The notes: generated by a model from the sequence alone, not told the origin. DNA of 36,476 nucleotides from Patescibacteria group bacterium (GCA_038062255.1 JBBTXM010000013.1:1-36476); one strand, 5' to 3'; shown: positions 25,055 through 34,855, counted from the stretch's first letter. Program-made: numbers and translations.

Positions 25055-25084
25055 AGTTTTTGGAATTAGTGTATAATATAAACT

Positions 25085-26143
25085 ATGGATTTAAATAAAC
25101 GATTTTTGGGGATTATTGCGATTATTGCCGGAGTTATTTTGGTAATCCAATTTATTGGATTGGATAAAATAACGCAGTTAATAAAACCAAGCATGGTTCC
25201 CGGCAAAGTTTACACAATAGGCATGCTTAGGTATATTCCTCAAACTTCCAAAGTCGAGGACGGACTTTATACAGGAATGAAAGAACTGGGGTATGAAGAA
25301 GGCAAAAATATTCGATATATAATTTCTCCTTACGGAGAAAGCCCGGAAAAAATGCAGCCTTTGGCGCAATCGTTGATTGACCAAAACGTAGATCTTATTT
25401 TTGCGATAACGAGCGTTGCGGCGGGCGGGGCAAAAAAAGCTACGGAAGAATCTGGCCGGACTGACATTCCTGTCGTTTTTACCCATTCAAACCAGCCGGA
25501 CAAACAAGGGCATATAAAAAGTTTTCAGTCCTCCGGCAATAATTTAACCGGTGTGGCTATTAACTTTGAAGAGGTAACTGATAAAAAGCTCGATTTTCTT
25601 AAAAAAATAAATTCTTCAATAAAGAGAGTGGGAACCCTTGATGCTGTCCATACCGACGCGGCGGGCCAGTTTATTTTGGGCGCTTTGCGCGCCGGGGCCC
25701 CGAAATTCGGCATGGAAGCTGTTTCATATAAAGTGCAAAGCAATGTCGGCCCGGAGGCGACCGCGGAAATTGCAAAAATTATGGCAACTATCAAACCAGG
25801 AGAAATTGACGCGTTTTTTCACTTGGCGGGGCCTATTTCAAATCCTCCCTCAAATGTCCAGCTGATTATCGACATGGTCAAACGCTTAAAAATTCCCGCG
25901 GTGTATTTAGTTGAAACTCAAGTAGAGCAAGGAGGGCTTATGTCATACGCCCACGACCAAATCGCGATGGGCGGGCAGACAGCCGTTATTGTAGATAAGG
26001 TGCTAAAGGGCCAGCTTCCCGCGAATATTCCGGTGGAATTCCCGAATAAAAATTCACTGGTAATAAACTCAAAAACTGCCGAAGAAGCTAGCATTACAAT
26101 TCCGCAGTCGTTGTTGCGAATAGCGGATAAAATAATTAAATGA
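25085..26143 (+). CDS. ABC-type substrate-binding protein, COG2984/ABC_sub_bind-like, membrane-anchored
   Basis: It has an N-terminal TM segment and a pattern typical of this family (..GNNLTGVAINFEEVTDKKLDFLKKINSSIKRVGTL..). Confidence 0.7.
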   Translation: MDLNKRFLGIIAIIAGVILVIQFIGLDKITQLIKPSMVPGKVYTIGMLRYIPQTSKVEDGLYTGMKELGYEEGKNIRYIISPYGESPEKMQPLAQSLIDQNVDLIFAITSVAAGGAKKATEESGRTDIPVVFTHSNQPDKQGHIKSFQSSGNNLTGVAINFEEVTDKKLDFLKKINSSIKRVGTLDAVHTDAAGQFILGALRAGAPKFGMEAVSYKVQSNVGPEATAEIAKIMATIKPGEIDAFFHLAGPISNPPSNVQLIIDMVKRLKIPAVYLVETQVEQGGLMSYAHDQIAMGGQTAVIVDKVLKGQLPANIPVEFPNKNSLVINSKTAEEASITIPQSLLRIADKIIK

Positions 26144-26259
26144 CAAAGTGCCCAAACTGCAAAAGAAATATGGTCAAAACCTGTCCGTGGTGCAAAAAAC
26201 CGATAGCTCCCAGGCAATCTAAGCGCAAAGTTGCCAGAAGCGAAAAAAGGAAAAGATAA
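26140..26259 (+). CDS. Unlisted 39-aa zinc-ribbon protein with a basic tail
   Basis: Its ATG overlaps the upstream stop (ATGA). The product is MTKCPNCKRNMVKTCPWCKKPIAPRQSKRKVARSEKRKR, with CxxC-N8-CxxC. The stop is at 26257-26259. At 39 aa it falls under the 60-aa minimum ORF size seen in the provided track. Confidence 0.45.
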   Translation: MTKCPNCKRNMVKTCPWCKKPIAPRQSKRKVARSEKRKR

Positions 26260-27306
26260 TTATTCGGTTTCTACTTTAACTTCTGCTATCGAAATCATTG
26301 AGCCTGGAAATACAAACCCAGCTTTTTTGGCTCTTGCCATATGCAGCGTAAGAATATCTTTTGAACCAAATTCTATAGGAATATCCGATGGTTTTGTTCC
26401 TTTGAAAATTTTGTCTATCATAATAGCAGCTTGTTTGGCGGATGCTCCGAAGTCATCGGAAAATGCGAAGTTTCCTCCGGACGGCAATCCTTCTCCCAAC
26501 GGAAGCAAATCTTCGGAAGGCGCGGCCATTGGTATGCCCAAACGATTCGCAAGTTCGCTTTCTGCGTGTTCCTGAGGTCCGAAAAAGTGACCCGCTATAT
26601 GAAATAGTCCGTGTATTTCTCCCGGTTTAATTTTATTTGCAATTTCGTTCCAGGCTTTTTCGGCATCCGGAGGAGCCGCAGTTGTAGTGTACTCAACTAT
26701 CGCAAGTCCCAAATTTGGACTCTGCTTTTTTAGTTCCGAAAGGATTATATCTCCGAAGCCGGGGATCATGAATCCTTTTCCAAAAACTCCTATTTTGTTT
26801 GCCTTCGGATTTATTTCTTTAAAGAACGACAAGGTTTTTTGAATTGTTCTCGGGATATCGGTTGCTACGCCGGTCGCGTTGTTGCCAGAAGATTTATATG
26901 ATTGCGCGATTCCGTAATCTACGGGGTCGTGAAATCTAGTCATAAACACAATCGGCATGTCGATACCGGCTTCCTTGGTAAGCTTAAGAGCTGTATTAGC
27001 TTGGTGTTCCATACTTACAAACATTACATCAACTTTATCTTGAATCATTTTTTTGACTCCCGCCTCAACGTCTTCAAAAAAAGTTGGCCCGGGGATAATA
27101 AGAAATTCATCAAAAATAACTTTTTTATCGCTATACCCGAGTTCTTTTATTCCTTTTCTGAGGCCGTTATAAGCGTCAATATGCTGTCTCAAATATACGG
27201 CTCCGATCACTTTTGGTTTCATAACCTGCAGATTCGCGGGCATGTATTTGTACGCCAAAAATCCGCCGATTGCCACTAATATAGCGATTATTATTGTTTT
27301 TTTCAT
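26260..27306 (-). CDS. ABC-type substrate-binding protein, COG2984/ABC_sub_bind-like (paralogue of 25085..26143)
   Basis: It has an N-terminal TM segment and ..GNNATGVATDIPRTIQKTLSFFKEINPKANKIGVF.., the same architecture as its neighbour. Confidence 0.7.
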   Translation of the reverse strand: MKKTIIIAILVAIGGFLAYKYMPANLQVMKPKVIGAVYLRQHIDAYNGLRKGIKELGYSDKKVIFDEFLIIPGPTFFEDVEAGVKKMIQDKVDVMFVSMEHQANTALKLTKEAGIDMPIVFMTRFHDPVDYGIAQSYKSSGNNATGVATDIPRTIQKTLSFFKEINPKANKIGVFGKGFMIPGFGDIILSELKKQSPNLGLAIVEYTTTAAPPDAEKAWNEIANKIKPGEIHGLFHIAGHFFGPQEHAESELANRLGIPMAAPSEDLLPLGEGLPSGGNFAFSDDFGASAKQAAIMIDKIFKGTKPSDIPIEFGSKDILTLHMARAKKAGFVFPGSMISIAEVKVETE

Positions 27307-27336
27307 AGATTTTAATCATATCACGCCTTTTCAAGC

Positions 27337-29580
27337 GTGGGTATATCTGGGATAATTAAAAAAGTGAAACGTTTTAGATTGCGCTTTAAATTTGTCGTTT
27401 TATTAAGCTTTGCCTCACTTGCGCCTTTGGCGATAATGGGGCTTCTGACATTTGTGCGCTTTCAAAGCGCACTTCGTGAAGACGCCGAAAAATTTGGCAG
27501 CCAACTTACCGAAACCGCAGCGGCCGAAGTTCGGTCGTTTATTTTGTCGCAAGTGAAAGTGTTGGACACGATTTCAACTCTCTATAATCCGGAATTTCCC
27601 ACGGAACAAAGTATTGTTAAACGCATCGTAGAGCGCACTCTTTTTAAAAATGATAATTTTACGGATATTTCCATAACTGACGCGGGGGGGCAAGAAATCA
27701 TTCGTGAAAATAGGGTTCTGGTTATTACTCAAAAAGATTTAAAGAATATTCAAAATACCGAGGCTTTCGCGGCGGTCAAGGGTTCCGGTCTTTACGTGGG
27801 TCCTTTGTACATTGACGGGGGGAAGCCTTTTTTCGACATCGGGCGCTCCATAGTGGATTTCCAGGGAATATTTTTGGGAGGAGTTTTCGCGCAAGTTGAC
27901 GCAAAGGTAATGAGGGGAGTATCTGAAAGGGTTTCCAAAATTGCCGGATTAGGCGGAAGGGTATTTATAGTAAATGAAAATGGAATTGTAATAGCGCATC
28001 CAGATTTGTCATATATTCTTTCGGAAAAAGATCTTTCCAGTATTCCTCCCATCAAAGAAATTATTTCTGAAAAAAACGATATAGTTGGGGCTCAACGCTA
28101 CTCAAATGAAAATAATGAAGATGTTTTGGGCTCCGCGCTTCGCATTCGCATAGATTTGCTGGATTTCCGGGCGCCAATACCCTTTCCTATTAATTGGTTT
28201 GTCGTAGCCGAACAGAGCGCTGACATTGTTTTTGCGGAATCGTTTCAGCTTGCCATATTTTCAGGATTGATGATGCTTTTGGTAATGGCGGCGGCTGTTT
28301 TTGGAGCGATTTTTTTCGCGCGTAAAATTTCAAAGCCGGTTGAAGAACTGCATACGGCGACAAAAGAGTTCGCGAAAGGAAATTTGGCATACCGGCCCAA
28401 GGTGGATTCCAATGATGAGCTAGGAGATCTCGCCAAGAGTTTCGTGGCCATGGCTTCTACGCTGTCAGAATCGATTGAAAGAATAAAGAAGGAAGAGCTA
28501 ATAGCTTCCGCCGAAAGAAACAAGCTGAGCATTATTCTTTCAGGCATTACGGATGCTGTTATTGCCGTAGATATGGGCAGAAATATAATACTTTTCAATA
28601 AATCTGCTGAAACTTTGACCGGTTTGAGCGAAGCTTCCGTAATCGGCAAGCCAATTCAGGAAATACTGAGAATTTTTGACCAAGAAAACGAATTGCTCGC
28701 GGAAATTTACTGCCCGGTAAATCCCGATCTTCCGGAGGGAGTTACATTCAGCAAGAATAATTTGAAATATGTAAACAGCAAAAATCAGGAACATTACATT
28801 AATGTTATCGCCGGGACAATAACCGAAGGTTTGGCGATAGGCCTAGGCTGCATTTTAACTCTGAACGATAATACTAGAGAGTTTCTTTTGGAAAAAACAA
28901 AAGTAGAGTTTGTGTCTGTTGTGGCTCACCAGCTCCGCACTCCCATAACCGGAATAAAATGGGCCTTCAAGGCGATGCTCGAAAAAGAATTCGGACCCAT
29001 TTCGGAGGAGCAAGAAAAGGTGGCGAAAGGCGGGCTTGAAACTTCTCTGCATATGATTGATTTGATAAATGATTTGCTGGATACAGCACGGATAGAAGAA
29101 GGCAAGTTTGGGCTTAAGCCAACGAAACAGTCGTTTTCGAAAATTTTGGAGTCGGTCGTGGAAGGGCAAAGGCTTGAGGCCAAAAACAAAGGAGTTGAAG
29201 TTTCAATGACTGTTCCCTTGGATCTCCCATTGATGAATCTTGATAACGAAAAAATGACTATTGCGCTGGACAATATTATCGATAATGCCATTAAATACAC
29301 TCCTGCCAAAGGAAAGGTTGTAATAAATGTTTCTGCTGATTCAAAAAACGTCAGGTTGGATGTTAAAGATTCCGGCATAGGCATTCCAGCGGGCAAGATA
29401 GACCGGGTATTTACGAAATTTTTCCGCGCTCCCAATGCGTCGCATGTGTTTACTTCCGGAAGCGGACTCGGGCTTTACATAGCCAAAAACATTATCGAAT
29501 CCCACGGAGGAACAATAAGCGTAAAAAGCGTTGAAGGTTTGGGCACGACTGTATCAGTTGTGTTGCCAATAGCGAAATAA
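27337..29580 (+). CDS. Sensor histidine kinase (extracytoplasmic Cache-like domain, HAMP, PAS, HisKA, HATPase_c)
   Basis: Two TM segments flank a ~270-aa sensor domain. It has a HAMP domain (..ELGDLAKSF..), a PAS domain (ITDAVIAVDMGRNIILFN), the H-box VAHQLRTPIT, and the N/G boxes DNAIKYTP and GSGLGLYIAKNI. It has a GTG start. Confidence 0.9.
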   Translation: MGISGIIKKVKRFRLRFKFVVLLSFASLAPLAIMGLLTFVRFQSALREDAEKFGSQLTETAAAEVRSFILSQVKVLDTISTLYNPEFPTEQSIVKRIVERTLFKNDNFTDISITDAGGQEIIRENRVLVITQKDLKNIQNTEAFAAVKGSGLYVGPLYIDGGKPFFDIGRSIVDFQGIFLGGVFAQVDAKVMRGVSERVSKIAGLGGRVFIVNENGIVIAHPDLSYILSEKDLSSIPPIKEIISEKNDIVGAQRYSNENNEDVLGSALRIRIDLLDFRAPIPFPINWFVVAEQSADIVFAESFQLAIFSGLMMLLVMAAAVFGAIFFARKISKPVEELHTATKEFAKGNLAYRPKVDSNDELGDLAKSFVAMASTLSESIERIKKEELIASAERNKLSIILSGITDAVIAVDMGRNIILFNKSAETLTGLSEASVIGKPIQEILRIFDQENELLAEIYCPVNPDLPEGVTFSKNNLKYVNSKNQEHYINVIAGTITEGLAIGLGCILTLNDNTREFLLEKTKVEFVSVVAHQLRTPITGIKWAFKAMLEKEFGPISEEQEKVAKGGLETSLHMIDLINDLLDTARIEEGKFGLKPTKQSFSKILESVVEGQRLEAKNKGVEVSMTVPLDLPLMNLDNEKMTIALDNIIDNAIKYTPAKGKVVINVSADSKNVRLDVKDSGIGIPAGKIDRVFTKFFRAPNASHVFTSGSGLGLYIAKNIIESHGGTISVKSVEGLGTTVSVVLPIAK

Positions 29581-29595
29581 TGGTATAATTTAGAC

Positions 29596-31305
29596 ATGTC
29601 TTCACAGATTGAAGATGTCAAAAGCCGCGTCGACGTGGTTGATTTATTGGGTTCATATTTAAAACTCCAGAAGGCTGGAGTTAATTTTAAGGCGCGCTGT
29701 CCTTTTCATAATGAAAAAACTGCTTCTTTTTTTGTAAGCCCTGCAAGGCAGATTTGGCATTGTTTTGGGTGCCAAAAAGGAGGGGATGTTTTCAAATTTA
29801 TAATGGAAATCGACGGCTGCGAGTTTAAGGAAGCCCTTCTGTCGCTTGCAGGGCGCGCCGGAATTGAACTCAAAAGAGAATCTCCAGAAATCCAAGACGC
29901 AAAATCAAAGGAGTTTGCTATTTTGGAAGAATCGACGAAGTTTTTTGAAAAAAATCTTTTTGAAAACAATGAAGCTTCAGAATATTTAAAAAATCGCGGA
30001 CTTTCTGTTGAAACTATCAAAGAATTTCGACTCGGTTATTCTTTGGATGACTGGAGAACATTATTTAATCATCTTTCAGCTCAAGGACACAAAGCCGAAG
30101 ATGCGGAAAAAGCAGGGTTAATTATAAAATCGGAAAATAGTTATTATGATAGGTTTAGGGGAAGAATTATTTTTCCTATATTCAATCAGTCCGGAAAAGT
30201 TGTCGCGTTTGGAGGACGATTGTTTGTCGATTCTTCTGGAGGAAAGTCGGCCAAGTATGTTAATTCTCCGGAAACCGCGCTTTATCAAAAAAGCAAAATT
30301 TTGTATGGACTGCATAAATCAAAAATAGAAATCTTGCGAGAAAATTCATGCGTCTTAGTTGAGGGATATATGGATTTTTTGAGCGCTTACCAGGCGGGTA
30401 CCAAAAATATGGTCGCGGTTTCCGGCACCGCTTTAACTTTAGACCATCTTAAAATTTTAAGCCGAATTTGCGAGAAATTGATAGTATCTTTCGATATGGA
30501 CGAGGCCGGAGAGGGCGCCACCAGGCGGGGGATTGATTCGGCTCTAAAAGAAGGACTTGATATTAAAGTAATCAAGTTACCGGATGGCTTCAAGGATCCG
30601 TCGGAGGCTATTTCCGCCGACCCGAAATTTTGGGCCGACTCTTTACTTGGCGCCCGCCACATAGTACAATTTTACATTGATTCGGCTCAAAAGAAGTTTT
30701 TGGCCGGTTCTCCGGAATTAAGCCGGGAGATACAACGAAGTGTTTTGCCCGCGGTAGCTTCATTAAGTTCCGATTTGGAACAAGCCCATTGGGTAAGGGA
30801 AATTACCGCGATTTTAAATATAAAAGAAGAAGTGGTGTGGGGCGCTCTTGGTAAAATCCGAAATCATAAATCTGAAATTCTAAATAATCCAGAAATCCTA
30901 AATGCTAAAAAATCTCAAACCAGGAAAGAGCTTTTAGAAAACAGGGTTTTGGGAATTGCCGCCAAGTACCCGGAACTTTTGGGAAAACAATCGGCGGATT
31001 TAGAACCGTCGTTGTTTTCTGGAGACAAGCAAACGGCTTTTGCCGAAATTCGTAATGGGTCTGGCGGGGGATTGAAGGACTTTATATCACGCTTGGTTTT
31101 GGAGGCCGAGCTGTTTTTGGAAGGAGTGGAGAACGCGGAAGCGGAATTTATAAAATGCGCAAGAGAGCTTAATCGCGAGCATGTAAAGGAACAAATGAGT
31201 TTGCTTTCGGCAAAAATAAGCTATGCCGAAAAAAATAAAAAAGAAAATATGCCTTCGCTTTTGGCGGAATTTAAAAATTTATCGGATAAGATAAATAAAA
31301 TATGA
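29596..31305 (+). CDS. dnaG: DNA primase
   Basis: It has the zinc finger [21 protein letters not shown] and the TOPRIM motifs [18 protein letters not shown]. Confidence 0.95.
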   Translation: MSSQIEDVKSRVDVVDLLGSYLKLQKAGVNFKARCPFHNEKTASFFVSPARQIWHCFGCQKGGDVFKFIMEIDGCEFKEALLSLAGRAGIELKRESPEIQDAKSKEFAILEESTKFFEKNLFENNEASEYLKNRGLSVETIKEFRLGYSLDDWRTLFNHLSAQGHKAEDAEKAGLIIKSENSYYDRFRGRIIFPIFNQSGKVVAFGGRLFVDSSGGKSAKYVNSPETALYQKSKILYGLHKSKIEILRENSCVLVEGYMDFLSAYQAGTKNMVAVSGTALTLDHLKILSRICEKLIVSFDMDEAGEGATRRGIDSALKEGLDIKVIKLPDGFKDPSEAISADPKFWADSLLGARHIVQFYIDSAQKKFLAGSPELSREIQRSVLPAVASLSSDLEQAHWVREITAILNIKEEVVWGALGKIRNHKSEILNNPEILNAKKSQTRKELLENRVLGIAAKYPELLGKQSADLEPSLFSGDKQTAFAEIRNGSGGGLKDFISRLVLEAELFLEGVENAEAEFIKCARELNREHVKEQMSLLSAKISYAEKNKKENMPSLLAEFKNLSDKINKI

Positions 31306-32486
31306 AAAAAAAGAAAGTGAAAAAACTAAAGCCCAAAAAAATTAAAAAAGCCAAAAAAGTTTTACACAAAAAGGTTTCTAAAAAGCTGAAGCCGGTTCCA
31401 ACCGGAAAGGTTACAAAAAGCCAGCTAAAGGAAGAATTTTCAGAAGAAAGAGTTGGGGCGATTTTAAAAAAAGGCAAGGACCGCGGATTTATAACATACG
31501 CCGAAATTTTAAGCGCTTTTCCCCATATTGAACACAACATAATTTTTTTGGAGGATTTGTATTCAAGATTCGAAGCTGCCGGAGTTGATATTTTGGAAGC
31601 CAAAGAATTTTTGGATTTGGGAGATAAAACAAAAGGGCCGAAAAAAGAAGAAGAATTTTTTGCCGATTCCGTCCAAATGTACCTAAAAGAAATCGGCCGC
31701 ATACCACTATTGAAAGGCGAAGAAGAAAGGGAACTGGCAAAAAGAATAGAGCAGGGCGACAAAGACGCCAAAAACAAGTTGGCGCAGGCAAACTTGAGGC
31801 TCGTAGTTTCCATAGCCAAAAAATATGTTGGCCGTTCGCCTAATCTTACGCTTTTGGATTTGATTCAAGAGGGAACTCTAGGCCTTTTCCGCGCGGTTGA
31901 AAAATTTGATTGGAGAAGAGGATACAAATTTTCCACTTATGCCACTTGGTGGATACGGCAGGCGATAACCAGGGCTTTGGCAGACCAAGCCCGCACTATC
32001 CGAATACCTGTGCACATGGTTGAAACAATTTCAAAATACCAACAGGTGCGACGCCGTCTTATTCAGGATTTGGGCAGGGATCCTTTAGCTGAAGAAATTG
32101 CTTCCGAGATGAATATAGATGTGGAAAAAGTCCACCATATCCAGCAAATTTCCCAGGAAACCGTATCGCTTGAGGCTCCGGTTGGCGAAGACGACGAAGA
32201 TTCGGTGCTTGGGGATTTTATAGAAGATGAAAAAACCCTTTCTCCCGCTCAAGAAGCTTCGCGCAAGCTTTTAAAAGACCACTTGAAGGAAATAATGATT
32301 GATTTAGCTCCTAGAGAACAGAAAATTCTCCGCATGCGTTTCGGTTTGGACGATGGAATTACCCACACCCTAGAGGAAGTTGGCGCGGAATTCGGAGTAA
32401 CCCGCGAGAGAATCCGCCAGATTGAAGCAAAAGCTTTGGAAAAGATCCGCCAGCACGACAAGATTATAAAACTTCAGGGATATTAA
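31302..32486 (+). CDS. rpoD: Primary RNA polymerase sigma factor RpoD with a poly-lysine N-terminal extension
   Basis: Region 2 is [36 protein letters not shown] and region 4.2 is [19 protein letters not shown]. It has an ATGA overlap with dnaG. Confidence 0.95.
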   Translation: MKKKKVKKLKPKKIKKAKKVLHKKVSKKLKPVPTGKVTKSQLKEEFSEERVGAILKKGKDRGFITYAEILSAFPHIEHNIIFLEDLYSRFEAAGVDILEAKEFLDLGDKTKGPKKEEEFFADSVQMYLKEIGRIPLLKGEEERELAKRIEQGDKDAKNKLAQANLRLVVSIAKKYVGRSPNLTLLDLIQEGTLGLFRAVEKFDWRRGYKFSTYATWWIRQAITRALADQARTIRIPVHMVETISKYQQVRRRLIQDLGRDPLAEEIASEMNIDVEKVHHIQQISQETVSLEAPVGEDDEDSVLGDFIEDEKTLSPAQEASRKLLKDHLKEIMIDLAPREQKILRMRFGLDDGITHTLEEVGAEFGVTRERIRQIEAKALEKIRQHDKIIKLQGY

Positions 32487-32490
32487 AATC

Positions 32491-32522
32491 AAACACTCCC
32501 CGACCGCGGTCGGGGAGTGTTT
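32491..32522. terminator. Bidirectional terminator between the convergent rpoD and RRM genes
   Basis: A perfect 14-bp stem pairs AAACACTCCCCGAC with GTCGGGGAGTGTTT around a 4-nt loop, with A-runs and T-runs on either side. Confidence 0.7.
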
Positions 32523-32541
32523 GAAATCTCTGATATAACGC

Positions 32542-32841
32542 TTACCAGCTGTTTTGCCTTCGGAATCCCCCCCCTGTTCGCGGGGGTCTCGCTTCCATTG
32601 GGCGAGCTTCGTTGACCGTTATTTTTCGGCCCTCGAATTCTGTTCCATTGAACATTTCGATAGCTTTTTGAGCTTCGTCGTCATTTGCCATTTCCACAAA
32701 ACCAAAGCCTTTTGACCTGCCAGTCATTTTATCCATTATGACTGTGGCGGTATCAACAGAGCCTGCTTGTGAAAACAAGCCTTTCAAAGATTCCTCGGAG
32801 GTGCTGTAAGAAAGCCCTCCAACGTATAATTTCTTTGCCAT
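32542..32841 (-). CDS. RRM-type RNA-binding protein with Arg/Gly-rich tail
   Basis: From the ATG at 32841 the product reads MAKKLYVGGLSY (RNP-2) ..KGFGFVEM (RNP-1) ..RPPRTGGGFRRQ. Confidence 0.85.
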   Translation of the reverse strand: MAKKLYVGGLSYSTSEESLKGLFSQAGSVDTATVIMDKMTGRSKGFGFVEMANDDEAQKAIEMFNGTEFEGRKITVNEARPMEARPPRTGGGFRRQNSW

Positions 32842-32949
32842 TTGTATTGTCAAAAAATTGCTAAAAAGAGTAAGTCGACCAACCAATGCTTATTAAAACG
32901 AAATAAGTTGCTTACTATAAAATAAGAATACTCTTTTGTGGAAAGAAAG

Positions 32950-33717
32950 TCAATTAAGCACAACCAGCCAGAAAATAACGGCCAAAAGTATGCGGTATAT
33001 GCCAAATGGGACAAAATTATGCTTTTTTATAAAGTTGAGCAGAAACTTGATGCTTGCAATTGCGACCGCAAAAGAAACAATAAATCCAACTGCCAAAACA
33101 AGAAATTGATCTTTTGAAAAAGCACCCGCGTTTTTTGCGAGGTCCAGCGAGGTTGCTCCAAGCATTGTGGGGACTGCAAGCAAAAAGGAAAATTCCACGA
33201 TTGTTTTTCTGTTGAGCCCCAAAAACAATCCGCCTATGATTGTGGCGGCAGAACGAGAAACCCCTGGAATCATTGCCACAGATTGGCAAATTCCTATAAA
33301 AAAAGATTGTTTATACGAGATGCGCGTTATATCGCTTTCAGCGGAGGCGGGTTTGTGTCGGAATTCAAAAATTATAAGCGCTACGCCTCCCAGAAAAAGA
33401 ACCCACAAAACTAGGTTTTCATTTCCAATAAGATATGTTTTAACGGCTTTGTAGAGGGCAAAACCGATTATGCCTGTCGGTATGAAAGCGACTAATATTT
33501 TTTTTAAGATTTCAGCGTTTAAAAACGACTTTCCATATAAAACAATAACCGATAAAATTGCTCCAAACTGGATTATTATCTCAAAACTTTTTGTAAAATT
33601 GGATTGGCCTATATGCAGAAATTTGCTCGCAAGTATCAGGTGGCCGGTGGACGATATCGGCAAAAATTCCGTAATACCTTCTACTATTCCCAATATTAAG
33701 CTCTGTAGAATTGTCAT
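32950..33717 (-). CDS. uppP: Undecaprenyl-diphosphate phosphatase
   Basis: The product contains GIVEGITEFLPISSTGHL and PGVSRSAATI and is a 255-aa polytopic protein. Confidence 0.95.
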   Translation of the reverse strand: MTILQSLILGIVEGITEFLPISSTGHLILASKFLHIGQSNFTKSFEIIIQFGAILSVIVLYGKSFLNAEILKKILVAFIPTGIIGFALYKAVKTYLIGNENLVLWVLFLGGVALIIFEFRHKPASAESDITRISYKQSFFIGICQSVAMIPGVSRSAATIIGGLFLGLNRKTIVEFSFLLAVPTMLGATSLDLAKNAGAFSKDQFLVLAVGFIVSFAVAIASIKFLLNFIKKHNFVPFGIYRILLAVIFWLVVLN

Positions 33718-33750
33718 GTTTGATATTGTATCAGAAAAATTTTGAAATAA

Positions 33751-33780
33751 AAAAAGCCGGCGCTAGTCGCCGGCTTTTGT
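33751..33780. terminator. Bidirectional terminator hairpin
   Basis: The hairpin AGCCGGCG-CTAGT-CGCCGGCT is flanked by A5 on one side and TTTTGTTTTT on the other. Confidence 0.6.
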
Positions 33781-33782
33781 TT

Positions 33783-33995
33783 TTATAATGCGCCGTGCCA
33801 TTGGCAATAGGCGGGATCATGGCAGTTTTCACGAGTGTGCATTTCGGAGAAGTTGTGCCACCCAAAACAGCTCCGATTAAAATGTATCCTTCTTCCGGCC
33901 CAGTTGAATTCAATATTAATTTCCAAGTATCCGCGGAGTCCTTTTTTAAAACGCAGTTTCAGAGTTTTGAAGAATTTAAACAAATTTTTCTTCAT
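33783..33995 (-). CDS. Orphan 70-aa protein with a basic N-half and a Cys/His/Trp-rich C-half
   Basis: An AGGAG sits 8 nt upstream of the ATG at 33995. The product is MKKNLFKFFKTLKLRFKK...CFGWHNFSEMHTRENCHDPAYCQWHGAL. Hairpins flank the gene on both sides. Confidence 0.5.
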   Translation of the reverse strand: MKKNLFKFFKTLKLRFKKGLRGYLEINIEFNWAGRRIHFNRSCFGWHNFSEMHTRENCHDPAYCQWHGAL

Positions 33996-34012
33996 AATAT
34001 TTTCTCCTTTCC

Positions 34013-34044
34013 AAAAACAAAATAGCACCTTTGGTGCTATTTTG
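34013..34044. terminator. Hairpin with flanking A/T runs (terminator-like)
   Basis: The hairpin is AATAGCACC-TTT-GGTGCTATT. On the minus strand it is followed by TTTGTTTTT. Confidence 0.4.
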
Positions 34045-34180
34045 TCAAGTTAAAAATCTCCTCAAAGCTCCCTCTGTTGAATGTGTTTAGAACTATGGAT
34101 TGGTTGAAAATTAAATTTGAACTCACTATGTTTGGTTTTATATAAAAAAGAAGCCCGCAAAGAGCGAGCTCCTTTGGGGC

Positions 34181-34279
34181 TTACAGGCGTTTTATAGCAT
34201 CCAAAAACTCCCCGTTGTTATTAGCCCACTTGATGCTTTTAGCAATCTCAAAAAGCTTAAAAGTTTCTTCATTTGGCAT
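34181..34279 (-). CDS. Unlisted 32-aa ORF with a strong RBS
   Basis: A GGAGGTG sits 4 nt upstream of the ATG at 34279. The product is MPNEETFKLFEIAKSIKWANNNGEFLDAIKRL. A terminator (AAGCCCcAAAG..CTTTGcGGGCTT plus T6) follows on the minus strand. Confidence 0.4.
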   Translation of the reverse strand: MPNEETFKLFEIAKSIKWANNNGEFLDAIKRL

Positions 34280-34447
34280 ACACACCTCCTTAAATAGGAT
34301 AGCACATTTCTGTACTATCTGTCAATGGTTCCGCATTGTAAACAATATTAGAACCATTTTTGAGAGGTAAAATGAGTATATTCACATACCAGATTTAAAG
34401 TGTTACTATCCATAGCAGTACAGACCTTTTATAAAAAGGGGGTTGAG

Positions 34448-34849
34448 ATGTCAAAAGCGGTAAGGCTTTTTGATCTGGACAAGAGAGATTACCCAAGTGA
34501 ACGAGGCGATACATTTAGGAGCCTACAAGTATCTGAATGTTGGGTATGCGGAGCCTTGAGTAACAGAGTTGTGATGGGCGGTTACCCAGGATATGGAGTG
34601 AGGGTTGTCTGTCCGAATAGCTTTGAGTGTTGGCACCACGAACTGGAAAATAAATTGAAGTGGCTGGACAAACCTCATCCGCTGTCATACAAGAATGAGC
34701 TCCAAAAAGAAATTGACGAGATGAAGAAAAAACATCAAGCAGATGTGAAAAACGATTTGGAGGGTAATCCTGACATGAAACTAAAGCATTGGGTAACGAA
34801 TACCCGCTCTTTCAAGCCAGGTAGTGCTTGTAAACATTTCTTGGAGTAG
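34448..34849 (+). CDS. Orphan 133-aa zinc-finger-like protein
   Basis: An AAGGGGG sits 5 nt upstream of the ATG at 34448. The product has CWVC-N20-C-N5-CWHH followed by a charged helical tail. Confidence 0.55.
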   Translation: MSKAVRLFDLDKRDYPSERGDTFRSLQVSECWVCGALSNRVVMGGYPGYGVRVVCPNSFECWHHELENKLKWLDKPHPLSYKNELQKEIDEMKKKHQADVKNDLEGNPDMKLKHWVTNTRSFKPGSACKHFLE

Positions 34850-34855
34850 AGAACC

